Part shown: one piece after another, positions 28,994 through 40,679 of the stretch
Layout of the letters: the number at the start of each line of letters is the position of its first letter
Position numbering within the stretch: position 1 is the stretch's first letter
DNA from: Chthoniobacterales bacterium
GTDB lineage: Bacteria > Verrucomicrobiota > Verrucomicrobiia > Chthoniobacterales > UBA6821
Direction of reading: 5' to 3'
DNA: 64,000 nt
NCBI GenBank assembly: GCA_026461395.1
Contig: JAPJNA010000048.1
Coordinates: 29,300-93,299 of the forward strand
Made by a program: the position numbers and the translations under genes
The notes under the pieces: model-generated
What the model was told of the DNA's origin: nothing
What the model saw: only the letters and a program-made list of their open reading frames with translations
Database searches by the model: none

Positions 28994-30097
28994 TCATCGC
29001 AAAGTTTTGTCGGCAAGTGGAGGTTCCGCAGGAAACCAATCTTTTGTGGCATTACAGGCACTACAGACGGAAAGCATTACTGGAACCTCCACAAGGACGC
29101 CGACCACCGTGGCGAGTGCGGCTCCGGAGTAGGGACCGAAGAGAGTGATGGCCACTGCTACCGCTAGCTCGAAGAAGTTACTTGCGCCAATCAGGGCTCC
29201 AGGAGCCGCCACATTGTGGGGGACTTTCAGCCAGCGCATCAGCATATAGGTCAGACTGGAGTTGAAATAGACTTGGATAATGATCGGAACGGCGATCAAC
29301 AGCACGGCAAGCCACCGATGGGTCAGATTCTCCGCCTGAAAGGCGAAAATGAGTATCAGGGTCAGCAAGAGCGCCGCCATCGTTACTGGCTGGAACTTTG
29401 GGAGGAAGGATTTCTCAAGCCACTCGTTACCGTGTGTCTTGAGAAGCATTGTTCGTGTGAGCCATCCAGCTGTCAGGGGAATGACGATGAAGACCAGAAC
29501 TGAGGTAATCAGGACGGCAGATGGAACCACCACTCCTGATACTCCGCAGAGGAACATCACAATGGGGGCGAAAGCCACCAGCATGATGAGATCGTTCACC
29601 GCTACCTGAACCAGCGTATAAGCGGGATCGCCGTCCGTGAGATAGGACCAGACAAAAACCATCGCGGTGCAGGGGGCAGCAGCAAGAATGATCAGGCCCG
29701 CCGTGTAATCACGTGCCGTTGCAGGATCAATCCAAGGCGAAAAGAGATGCTGCATGAATACCCAGGCCAAGAAGGCCATGCTGAAGGGCTTCACGATCCA
29801 ATTCACGAATAGGGTCACCAACAGCCCCTTCGGCTTCCGGGCAACACCCCCGATGGAGCTGAAGTCGATCTTCAGCATCATCGGATAGATCATGAGCCAG
29901 ATGAGAATGGCGATCGGGACATTCACATGAGAGTCATGGCCGAACTCCATGCCGCTGAGTGAGGCAACGGCCTTCGGGGCCACTGTTCCCAGAATCACCC
30001 CTGCAACCATGCAGAGAAGAACCCAGAGGGTCAGATTGCGCTCGAAGAAAGCGAGTCTCTTTACGGTCTTCGCAGGAGTAGTAGAAGATGTGTCCAT
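28994..30097 (-). CDS. acr3: arsenite efflux permease, ACR3 family
   Basis: 367 aa, about 10 TM helices. ACR3-like blocks (LILAAAPCTAMV, conserved Cys in TM4) in an ars operon context. Confidence 0.9.
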   Translation of the reverse strand: MDTSSTTPAKTVKRLAFFERNLTLWVLLCMVAGVILGTVAPKAVASLSGMEFGHDSHVNVPIAILIWLMIYPMMLKIDFSSIGGVARKPKGLLVTLFVNWIVKPFSMAFLAWVFMQHLFSPWIDPATARDYTAGLIILAAAPCTAMVFVWSYLTDGDPAYTLVQVAVNDLIMLVAFAPIVMFLCGVSGVVVPSAVLITSVLVFIVIPLTAGWLTRTMLLKTHGNEWLEKSFLPKFQPVTMAALLLTLILIFAFQAENLTHRWLAVLLIAVPIIIQVYFNSSLTYMLMRWLKVPHNVAAPGALIGASNFFELAVAVAITLFGPYSGAALATVVGVLVEVPVMLSVCSACNATKDWFPAEPPLADKTLR

Positions 30098-30117
30098 GGA
30101 ATAAAACGAGGTATGGG

Positions 30118-30552
30118 TTAAAGGGACTTCCCGCGCTTGAGACCAGCTGAGTAGGCCTCGAACACGAGCTTGATCTGGTCGCGGACGCGGCGGAACTCGT
30201 TGAGAATCTCCTCCTCGCTACCCGTTGCATGGGCAGGATCCTCGAAGCCCCAATGGAAGCGGTTCACCTGACCTGGGAACATCGGGCATGCTTGATCGGC
30301 ATTCCCGCAGACTGTGATCACAGTATCTACGGAACGATTCAGAAACTCGTCAAGGTGTTTGGAGGTGTGTCCGGAGATATCGATGCCGAGCTCCTTCATC
30401 ACTTCGATGGACTTCGGGTGGACGTATCCGGCAGGTTTGGAGCCTGCGCTGGCGACTTCGATGAGGTCACCAGCGGCGGCACGGAGGATGCCTTCGGCAA
30501 GGTGACTGCGGCAGGAATTGCCTGTGCAGAGGATAAGGACGAGAGGTTTCAT
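30118..30552 (-). CDS. arsC: arsenate reductase, LMW-PTP / thioredoxin-coupled type
   Basis: 144 aa. P-loop CTGNSCRS plus the downstream Cys pair [10 protein letters not shown], characteristic of the thioredoxin-coupled class. Confidence 0.9.
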   Translation of the reverse strand: MKPLVLILCTGNSCRSHLAEGILRAAAGDLIEVASAGSKPAGYVHPKSIEVMKELGIDISGHTSKHLDEFLNRSVDTVITVCGNADQACPMFPGQVNRFHWGFEDPAHATGSEEEILNEFRRVRDQIKLVFEAYSAGLKRGKSL

Positions 30553-30588
30553 GGAAAAACGTGAAAGGTTAATTCGGAGAGAAGGGTA

Positions 30589-31053
30589 TCAGCAACAGCC
30601 GGTGCTACTGCAGCACGACGAGCCCTCGTCATCCTTTGGCGGTGGAAGGCAGATCTCCTTTGCAAGGCAGTCGGTGTGTTTGGTGCCGAGCGTAAAGACA
30701 AGTAAATCACCCTGCTGTTTTGCTGACTCAACCGGTAGCTGGGTAATGAATCCGTCTTCGTATTCGATTTCCACATCGAGATCGTCATCTCCGAGAATGG
30801 GGGCGGCGCGATCGATGATGTCCGCTAGAATTTCGGCAGGAAGTCGATGATCAGTATCATCAGCAACCCAAGACTGGAGAGAGAGATAGGAGATTTTGCG
30901 AATCGTGGCGCCGCAATCCAAGAAAGTCTTATCAACACGGCCAACCTCTGTGATGTGTGCGTGAATCGGAATCGATTTGCCACTAGGCAGAATAAACGTG
31001 AGATGACATTCTGGATGCTTACGGAGGATTGTTTTGAGGTCTGATGTTTTCAT
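30589..31053 (-). CDS. ars-operon-associated protein of unknown function (DUF6428-like) with C-terminal CC..CC tail
   Basis: ORF 30589..31287 trimmed to ATG 31053 (MKTSDLKTILRKHPE...), because the longer form overlaps arsR. It ends in GSSCCSSTGCC. The family name is from recollection. Confidence 0.6.
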   Translation of the reverse strand: MKTSDLKTILRKHPECHLTFILPSGKSIPIHAHITEVGRVDKTFLDCGATIRKISYLSLQSWVADDTDHRLPAEILADIIDRAAPILGDDDLDVEIEYEDGFITQLPVESAKQQGDLLVFTLGTKHTDCLAKEICLPPPKDDEGSSCCSSTGCC

Positions 31054-31076
31054 TCTTTTAGTGGGTTTGGTGATGA

Positions 31077-31403
31077 TTAACAGGCGCACCGAAGCCTGCG
31101 GTTGTTGGAGCTGGAGATGAGATCGATGCAGCGGAAGAACTCCGTGAAGCAGGGGCAGGCGATCTGGTAAAAGACCTGCAGGCCACGCTTCTCGCAGACA
31201 AGGAGTCCGGCTTTTTTCATGATTGCCAGGTGCTTGGAGAGAGTCGTCACGTCGCAACCTGCCATTTCCGTGAGATCGTTCACGCAATGCTCACCTTGCA
31301 TCAGGGCTTCCATAATCAGGAGGCGCGTGGGATGGGCCATCGCCTTCACGATGGAGGCGCGGACCGTAGCATTGGATTTCAGCTTCTGAAGTTTTGGAGG
31401 CAT
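31077..31403 (-). CDS. arsR: ArsR/SmtB-family metalloregulator with a C-terminal Cys cluster
   Basis: 108 aa. Winged-helix core AMAHPTRLLIMEAL ... VTTLSKHLAIMKKAGLL. The canonical ELCVCDL site is reduced to EHCVNDL. The C-terminus carries CPC ... C ... CAC. Confidence 0.85.
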   Translation of the reverse strand: MPPKLQKLKSNATVRASIVKAMAHPTRLLIMEALMQGEHCVNDLTEMAGCDVTTLSKHLAIMKKAGLLVCEKRGLQVFYQIACPCFTEFFRCIDLISSSNNRRLRCAC

Positions 31404-31427
31404 CTATTTGGCAAATATACCAAATAG
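31404..31427. promoter_or_regulatory. inverted repeat abutting the arsR start codon (candidate ArsR operator)
   Basis: CTATTTGG-CAAATATA-CCAAATAG. Perfect 8-bp arms with an AT-rich 8-nt spacer, immediately upstream of arsR (ATG at 31403). Confidence 0.45.
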
Positions 31428-31586
31428 TAACTACAGGTCAAGGGACGAATTTTCCGACGTCTCCAATTCCTAGAATATCTTAAGAAAAGATTTAGCCGCA
31501 AAAGGCACAAAAAACACAAAAGGGGGAATGCACGGATGTCCCTATGAGTCTCTTCCTGTGCATTCTGTGCATTCTGTGGCCATGAC

Positions 31587-33362
31587 TCAGTCCAAATCGC
31601 GCGAGATATCAATTCTGCTCTCCCCGAAGATCCCGTGATGGGCTTCGGCTTCCTTGCAGAGGGAGGCATAGAGTCCACCCGCAGCAAGGAGCGTCTCGTG
31701 ATTGCCTCTCTCAACAATGCGTCCCCTCTCCAGTACCAGGATCTGGTCGGCATGGCGGACGGTCGAGAGCCGGTGGGCGATGACAAAGCTGGTGCGGCCC
31801 TCCAGCAAATGGGCTAGTGCCTCCTGGATCAGACGTTCCGTCGTGTTGTCCACACTGGCAGTCGCCTCGTCGAGGACAAGGATCGGCGGGTTCTTCAGCA
31901 GGGCGCGCGCGATGGAGAGCCGCTGTTTCTCACCGACACTAAGCTTAACGCCGCGTTCGCCGAGTTGCGTGTGGAGCCCCTTAGGAAGACGGCGTATGAA
32001 GGCCTCTGCATTCGCGGCGGCTAACGCCGTCCACATTTCCTCATCAGTGGCATCAGGTTTTGCAATCAGCAGATTATCGGATGTGGTGCCGTTGAAGAGG
32101 AAGCTCTCCTGCGTCACCATGGCGACGGAGCGGCGGAGTTCGCTAAGAGGGATCTCACGGATCGGACGCCCATCCAGCAAGATCTCTCCGGAGCTGAGCT
32201 CGTAGAATCTGCTGAGCAGATGGACAAGAGAAGTCTTCCCTGCTCCGGTGGGTCCCACCAGCGCGATCATCTCGCCTGGCTTGGCATGGAGAGAGATGTC
32301 ATGGAGGACAGCTGTCCCGACCTGATACTCAAACCCCACAGACTCGTAACGTACGTCACCCTTCAGGGAGATTACCTCAGAATTCGAAGTAGGATTCTTC
32401 CAGCCCTCTTCCAATGGGGCATCCAAAATTGAAAAGACCCGTTCGCTTGCGGCTCGGCCCGCCTGAAGTAACTGGTTGAGGGAATGGAGGCGTCCGACTG
32501 GTTCGTAGAGATAGCGTGCCAGCAGGAGGAAGGCGACCAGGACACTCAACTCCATCGTTCCATGGAGAACCTGTAGACCTCCTACCGCAAGGATGAGGAT
32601 CATTCCCGCGTTCCCAAGGAAGTTCATTGTCGGGCTGTAGATCGCCCAATAGCGCATCACGATGAGAGAGGCTTTTTTGAGGGCTTCGCTTGCTGCATTG
32701 AATCGGGCATGTTCCCTCTCCTCGGTGGCGTAGGTCTTGATCTGGCGGATCCCGTCGAGGTTATCGTGGAGAAGGGAGTTCAGGGCCGAGGTAGCCTTGC
32801 GGGTGGTCCGGTAGCGCTTTCCGGCAGTTAGCGTGTAGAAGAGCGCCCCGAGAGCCAGGAAGGGAACAGGCGTCAAGGCAGCCAGCATCAGGTCCATGCT
32901 GTAATGGGCCATGAGGACAAGGACGATGGCGATCTGCAGCAGAGCTACCGTTCCCTGCTCGATGCCGTCGATCAGAACGCGCTCCACGTTGGTCACATCC
33001 TCCACGAGTCGGGTCATGATGTCGCCCGTCGCGCGGTTGTCGAACCACGGGAGGGGCAGCATCTGGATCCGGGCATAGAGATCACTCCGGAGGTCAAAGA
33101 TCACCCGTTGCTCGAAGTGATTATTCACCAGGATACGGAGGCAGTTCAGGAGATCCTGGGCGAAGAAAGCTGCTAAACCCATTGCGATCAGAGGAACCAG
33201 CTTTTCAGGATGATGCTGTTTGAGAACGACCTCAATGACCTGCTGGGTGACGGCAGGAAAAACCGCCACCATCAGCGTGCCAACGATCGCACAGAACATC
33301 GTGGCCGCCGCCATCCAAGGATAGCGGGCCGTGTAACCGAAAACTCGTAGCAAAATTCGCAT
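31587..33362 (-). CDS. ABC exporter, fused permease/ATPase (MsbA/multidrug type)
   Basis: 591 aa. Six-TM type I exporter domain plus an NBD with GPTGAGKTS, LSVGEKQRLSIARAL, LVLDEATASVD and AHRLST. Confidence 0.85.
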   Translation of the reverse strand: MRILLRVFGYTARYPWMAAATMFCAIVGTLMVAVFPAVTQQVIEVVLKQHHPEKLVPLIAMGLAAFFAQDLLNCLRILVNNHFEQRVIFDLRSDLYARIQMLPLPWFDNRATGDIMTRLVEDVTNVERVLIDGIEQGTVALLQIAIVLVLMAHYSMDLMLAALTPVPFLALGALFYTLTAGKRYRTTRKATSALNSLLHDNLDGIRQIKTYATEEREHARFNAASEALKKASLIVMRYWAIYSPTMNFLGNAGMILILAVGGLQVLHGTMELSVLVAFLLLARYLYEPVGRLHSLNQLLQAGRAASERVFSILDAPLEEGWKNPTSNSEVISLKGDVRYESVGFEYQVGTAVLHDISLHAKPGEMIALVGPTGAGKTSLVHLLSRFYELSSGEILLDGRPIREIPLSELRRSVAMVTQESFLFNGTTSDNLLIAKPDATDEEMWTALAAANAEAFIRRLPKGLHTQLGERGVKLSVGEKQRLSIARALLKNPPILVLDEATASVDNTTERLIQEALAHLLEGRTSFVIAHRLSTVRHADQILVLERGRIVERGNHETLLAAGGLYASLCKEAEAHHGIFGESRIDISRDLD

Positions 33363-33560
33363 GGAGATTTATACCAGACTGAGCAAGCCCTGGATGCGAG
33401 TACTCAGAATATGGCTAGAAATAGCCAATTCTTGTCCGCGACGACTAAGAGGTTAAAAATCACCAGAAATGTAATTTTCACTCCAAAGAAACTGATTCTG
33501 GATGGAGAGCAAAGGCGGCCAATCGCTGCTGAACGCCAAAATAAGGGAACTTTGGGAAGT

Positions 33561-33576
33561 TGGCACGGGGGTTGCT
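33561..33576 (+). promoter_or_regulatory. sigma54 (-24/-12) promoter upstream of amt copy 1
   Basis: TGGCAC-GGGGG-TTGCT. GG at 33562-33563 and GC at 33574-33575 have canonical spacing, about 50 nt upstream of the amt ATG (33625). Confidence 0.7.
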
Positions 33577-33624
33577 TATCTGTCCTTAGCGCCCCTTAAG
33601 GGGTGAAACACCAACACCAACCCT

Positions 33625-35498
<1,874 letters not shown>

Positions 35499-35551
35499 GT
35501 CATTAGTTTGTCGACATGAAGCTTGGCCCTCATAAGGGCCTCACTCAAGAG

Positions 35552-35579
35552 GGCGGGGACTGAAATCCCCGCCTTTTTC
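35552..35579 (+). terminator. intrinsic terminator after glnK copy 1
   Basis: GGCGGGGA-CTGAAA-TCCCCGCC followed by TTTTT. Confidence 0.7.
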
Positions 35580-35623
35580 CGTTTCGGAGTCCGAGCCGCT
35601 GCTTGCGGCGGGTTTCTTTATTC

Positions 35624-36859
35624 TCAATAACGACTTATGACTAAAGAGGAATTATGACCACCAAAGCCGAGGGCATTAATCATAACACTCTTTATTTGGG
35701 CTTCTCTCGGCTGGTTGGCAACGTGGTTCAACGCGAAGTGCTTATCCGGACTGAAAAGGTTGATCGTCGGGGGGATCAGTGCCTGTTCTATTGATTTAAC
35801 AGCGCCAATCAGTTCTATCGCACCGGAGGCTCCACACAAATGACCTGTCATGGATTTTAGAGCTGTTACGGGTGTCGAGTGGTGACCAAAGAGAGATTGA
35901 ATGGCGCTGGCCTCGGCGCGATCTCCAGCTTTTGTTGAAGTAGCATGAGCAATGACGTAGGAGAGTTCCGAAGGTTGGCACTTCGCCTGCGCTAGGGCGG
36001 CATTCATCGATGCGGCTACACCCTTCCCATCAGCACTTGGCTGAGTGATATGATAGGCGTCCGTCGTTAGCCCATGACCGATGATCTCGGCCAAAATCAT
36101 AGCGCCACGCCGACGTGCATGAGACTCCTCCTCAAGAACAAGAGCTCCTGCACCCTCCGAGATGACAAAGCCGTCGCGTTCAAGATCAAAGGGCCGGGAA
36201 GCTTGTTGCGGTGAGGAATTGCGCTGGCTCAGCGCTTTCATGGCACAAAAACCACCGACCATCAGTTCACAAATCGGGGCTTCACTACCCCCGGTGAGTA
36301 TGAAGTCGGCCTCTCCATTTCTAATCAGTCGCCAGGCCTGCCCAATTGCCTCACTTGCAGAAGCGCACGCGGCTCCTACAGAGAAATTTGGCCCCTCTAG
36401 ACCCAACTCTATGGCCACCATAGCCGCAGCCATATTGGTTCGAAGCATAGGAATCAAAAAAGGGGAGAGTTTACTCGGGCCTTTCTCAACTAGAATCTGG
36501 AATTGCTTCGACAGGGTCGTGATTCCGCCGTTGGAGGCTCCAAAAACAACACCCCCTCGATTCGGATTGAACGTGCTGAGATTCTTCAATCCGGAATGAA
36601 TAAAGGCCTGACTAGCGGCAGCAACAGCGAACTGACTGGAACGATCCGCACGCAATCCCCTCTTCGGATGAGAAAAATGGGGAGCTGGGTTGAAATCCTT
36701 TACTTCACCGGCAATCTGGGATGTGAGGCGGGATGGATCAAAAGCAGTGATCTTATCAATACCACTTCTTCCGTGAATCAGGCCTTCCCAATAGGAATCA
36801 ACCGTATTGCCGAGCGGCGTCACGGCTCCCATACCTGTAATGACAACGCGTAAACCCAT
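35624..36859 (-). CDS. fabF: beta-ketoacyl-ACP synthase II-like condensing enzyme
   Basis: 411 aa. Active-site Cys block GAACASASEA and His blocks AHATST and GHLCGASG. It is isolated from other fab genes. Confidence 0.8.
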   Translation of the reverse strand: MGLRVVITGMGAVTPLGNTVDSYWEGLIHGRSGIDKITAFDPSRLTSQIAGEVKDFNPAPHFSHPKRGLRADRSSQFAVAAASQAFIHSGLKNLSTFNPNRGGVVFGASNGGITTLSKQFQILVEKGPSKLSPFLIPMLRTNMAAAMVAIELGLEGPNFSVGAACASASEAIGQAWRLIRNGEADFILTGGSEAPICELMVGGFCAMKALSQRNSSPQQASRPFDLERDGFVISEGAGALVLEEESHARRRGAMILAEIIGHGLTTDAYHITQPSADGKGVAASMNAALAQAKCQPSELSYVIAHATSTKAGDRAEASAIQSLFGHHSTPVTALKSMTGHLCGASGAIELIGAVKSIEQALIPPTINLFSPDKHFALNHVANQPREAQIKSVMINALGFGGHNSSLVISRY

Positions 36860-36972
36860 TAATCAAAAAAGTTCATCTTAAGGTTGATCCGAAAGTCCAC
36901 GCATGGTTTCTCTGCATCAAAAGGGCAAAAGATCGTGAATGATTATGAAACACTCGCTTATGGAAAATGATT

Positions 36973-36988
36973 TGGATAAAAAATCGCA
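36973..36988 (+). promoter_or_regulatory. weak sigma54-like -24/-12 element upstream of amt copy 2
   Basis: TGGATA-AAAAA-TCGCA. GG (36974-36975) and GC (36986-36987) are at canonical spacing, but the flanks are poor and the element is only ~15 nt from ATG 37003. Confidence 0.3.
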
Positions 36989-37002
36989 ATCTCTTTTCCA
37001 TC

Positions 37003-38884
<1,882 letters not shown>

Positions 38885-38981
38885 TCCTGAGGAACGAGCA
38901 GACTCCGATGCTCGATGAGAACTGGATGACGGTAGGGCAGCCTCCTATCGTTTGGAAGATGGTCCAGATAGTTGTTTGAGA

Positions 38982-39004
38982 ATATCAAACGCTACGTTTG
39001 ATAT
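38982..39004. promoter_or_regulatory. perfect 10-bp inverted repeat in the AT-rich region upstream of the ABC/HlyD pair
   Basis: ATATCAAACG-CTA-CGTTTGATAT. A third TATCAAA half-site follows at about 39025-39031 (GGGTATCAAATC). Confidence 0.4.
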
Positions 39005-39053
39005 AATCTAGTAGATAAAAATGGGTATCAAATCATAAGATACACGATGTCAC

Positions 39054-40679
39054 ATGATTCACTCGCGTCATCATCCCGATCAAGGCCCGTGGACGCGCCT
39101 TAAAAGCGCACTGGATCTCGATCCCCGTGACGTGGGGATGATCCTGGTTTTCGCCCTTTGCGTTGGACTGCTCTCCATCGCGGCTCCTGTGGCGATCGAG
39201 ACTCTGGTGAACACTGTCGCGTTTGGCGTCCTGCTCTGGCCAGTGATTGCCCTGGCTCTGGTGATGCTGACACTGCTCCTCATCTCGGCCTCGCTCAAGT
39301 CACTCCAGTTCCTTGTCGCGGAGTATCTCCAACGGCGCCTCTTTGTCCGTTACGCCGAGAAGTTCTCCGCACATTTCTCGCGCGCCGAGATCTCAAGCTT
39401 TGAGGGCCGCAATGCGGGCGAGCTTGCGGATCGTTTCTTCGAGGTCTCCTCGGTTCAGAAAGCCTTGGCTGGCCTCTTAGTTGACGGTGTTAGCATCGTG
39501 ATGCTCACGATCGTCGGCCTCATCCTCCTCTCCTGCTATCACCCCTATCTGCTGAGTTTCGCCCTGATCCTTGTGGTTGCGGTGGTTGTGGTGACCATTG
39601 TATTTGGGAGAGGTGGTGTCTCCTCCAGTATTGCGGAGAGTTATGCAAAATTCGACCTCGCTGGATGGATCGGCGAAATCGCCCGCTCTCCCTCCCTCTT
39701 CCGTGCCGGAGCGATGCAGGATCTCGCCCTCAACCGAGCCCGCACACATACAGCCGACTATATTGTCGCGAGGAAATCCCACTTCCGCATCGTCTGGCGG
39801 CAGACACTCTTTGTGATTTTCTTGGAAGCCATCGCAAGCTCCCTCCTCCTGGGTCTCGGCGGGTGGCTGGTGATCAACCGGCAACTCACGCTCGGCCAAC
39901 TTGTTGCTTCCGAACTGATCGTGACTCTGATCCTGGCGGCTCTGGCCAAGACCGGAAAACATCTCGAGTCCTTCTATGACCTTGAGGCATCGCTTGATAA
40001 GCTCGGGGTCATCGACAGCTTCACCTTGGAGCCCGAAGGAGGGGAAGTCCTGCTAGCATCCGGAAAGCCCCTCTCCGTTAAGGCAAATTGCCCCAGCCCC
40101 GCAGGGGAGATCTCGTTGGATGCGCCCTCCGGTTCTAAGATCGCCCTGCTCGGTGCTCCTGGCAGCGGCAAGTCTCGGTTCATGGAAACCCTCTCCCTCC
40201 TGCGCGCTCCGGAGGGGTCGCGGGTTACCTTTGACGGGATCAGTTCCCAGGCCTTGGATCGGGCCGCGGCCCGCAGACTGATTGCCAACGCCGGACGCGG
40301 GGAGGTGTTTTCCGGGACGATCGTTGAGAACCTCCGTGCCGGCAACGCGGAGATCGGCGTCGAGGAGATCCGTGAAGCCCTCAAGGATGCGGGTCTATCC
40401 GCCCGCATTGCCTCGCTCCCTTTGGGGATGGCCACACCTCTCTCCTCCACGGGATGGCCGCTCTCCACCTCCGAGTCAGTCCTGCTGGGCATCGCACGAG
40501 CCATCTTGGCTAAACCCCGCCTCTTGCTGCTGGACGGAACACTCGATCTCCTGGATCCCGCTCTGCATTCCGAGCTGATCGCAAAACTCTCCTCTCCGGA
40601 CGCACCCTGGACCCTGATCGTGGCCACGACCAGGCGCGATGTCGCCGAGCGCATCGGCACCACCGTCACGTTACCATGA
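39054..40679 (+). CDS. ABC exporter-type protein (TMD plus NBD) with a degenerate ATPase domain
   Basis: 541 aa with a type I exporter membrane domain. Walker A is intact (GAPGSGKS). The signature is LSTSES instead of LSGGQ, Walker B is LLLLDG (no catalytic Glu), the H-loop is IVATTRRD (no His), and the Q-loop position lacks Gln (ANAGRGEVFSGTIVENL). Confidence 0.75.
   Translation: MIHSRHHPDQGPWTRLKSALDLDPRDVGMILVFALCVGLLSIAAPVAIETLVNTVAFGVLLWPVIALALVMLTLLLISASLKSLQFLVAEYLQRRLFVRYAEKFSAHFSRAEISSFEGRNAGELADRFFEVSSVQKALAGLLVDGVSIVMLTIVGLILLSCYHPYLLSFALILVVAVVVVTIVFGRGGVSSSIAESYAKFDLAGWIGEIARSPSLFRAGAMQDLALNRARTHTADYIVARKSHFRIVWRQTLFVIFLEAIASSLLLGLGGWLVINRQLTLGQLVASELIVTLILAALAKTGKHLESFYDLEASLDKLGVIDSFTLEPEGGEVLLASGKPLSVKANCPSPAGEISLDAPSGSKIALLGAPGSGKSRFMETLSLLRAPEGSRVTFDGISSQALDRAAARRLIANAGRGEVFSGTIVENLRAGNAEIGVEEIREALKDAGLSARIASLPLGMATPLSSTGWPLSTSESVLLGIARAILAKPRLLLLDGTLDLLDPALHSELIAKLSSPDAPWTLIVATTRRDVAERIGTTVTLP

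Noticed and set aside
31054-31287. 78-aa N-terminal extension of the ars-linked ORF (30589-31287).
   Set aside because: The extension overlaps the 3' half of arsR in another frame and is Arg/Pro/Leu-rich. The internal ATG at 31053 gives a compact protein and a 23-nt gap after arsR.
31556-31578. Tandem duplication CATTCTGTG-CATTCTGTG downstream of the ABC exporter stop.
   Set aside because: Only two 9-nt units are present. It is too short for a repeat family or CRISPR-like structure and is probably replication slippage.
31379-31786. 135-aa ORF spanning the arsR promoter region and the 3' end of the ABC exporter gene.
   Set aside because: It crosses an intergenic region and overlaps a well-supported gene. 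Its composition looks non-coding.
38908-38979. 23-codon ORF (MLDENWMTVGQPPIVWKMVQIVV) just upstream of the palindrome and ABC/HlyD pair, considered as a possible exported peptide cargo.
   Set aside because: It has no leader-peptide features (no GG-type cleavage motif) and no obvious translation signal, and it is too short to distinguish from chance. It is worth revisiting only if conserved in relatives.
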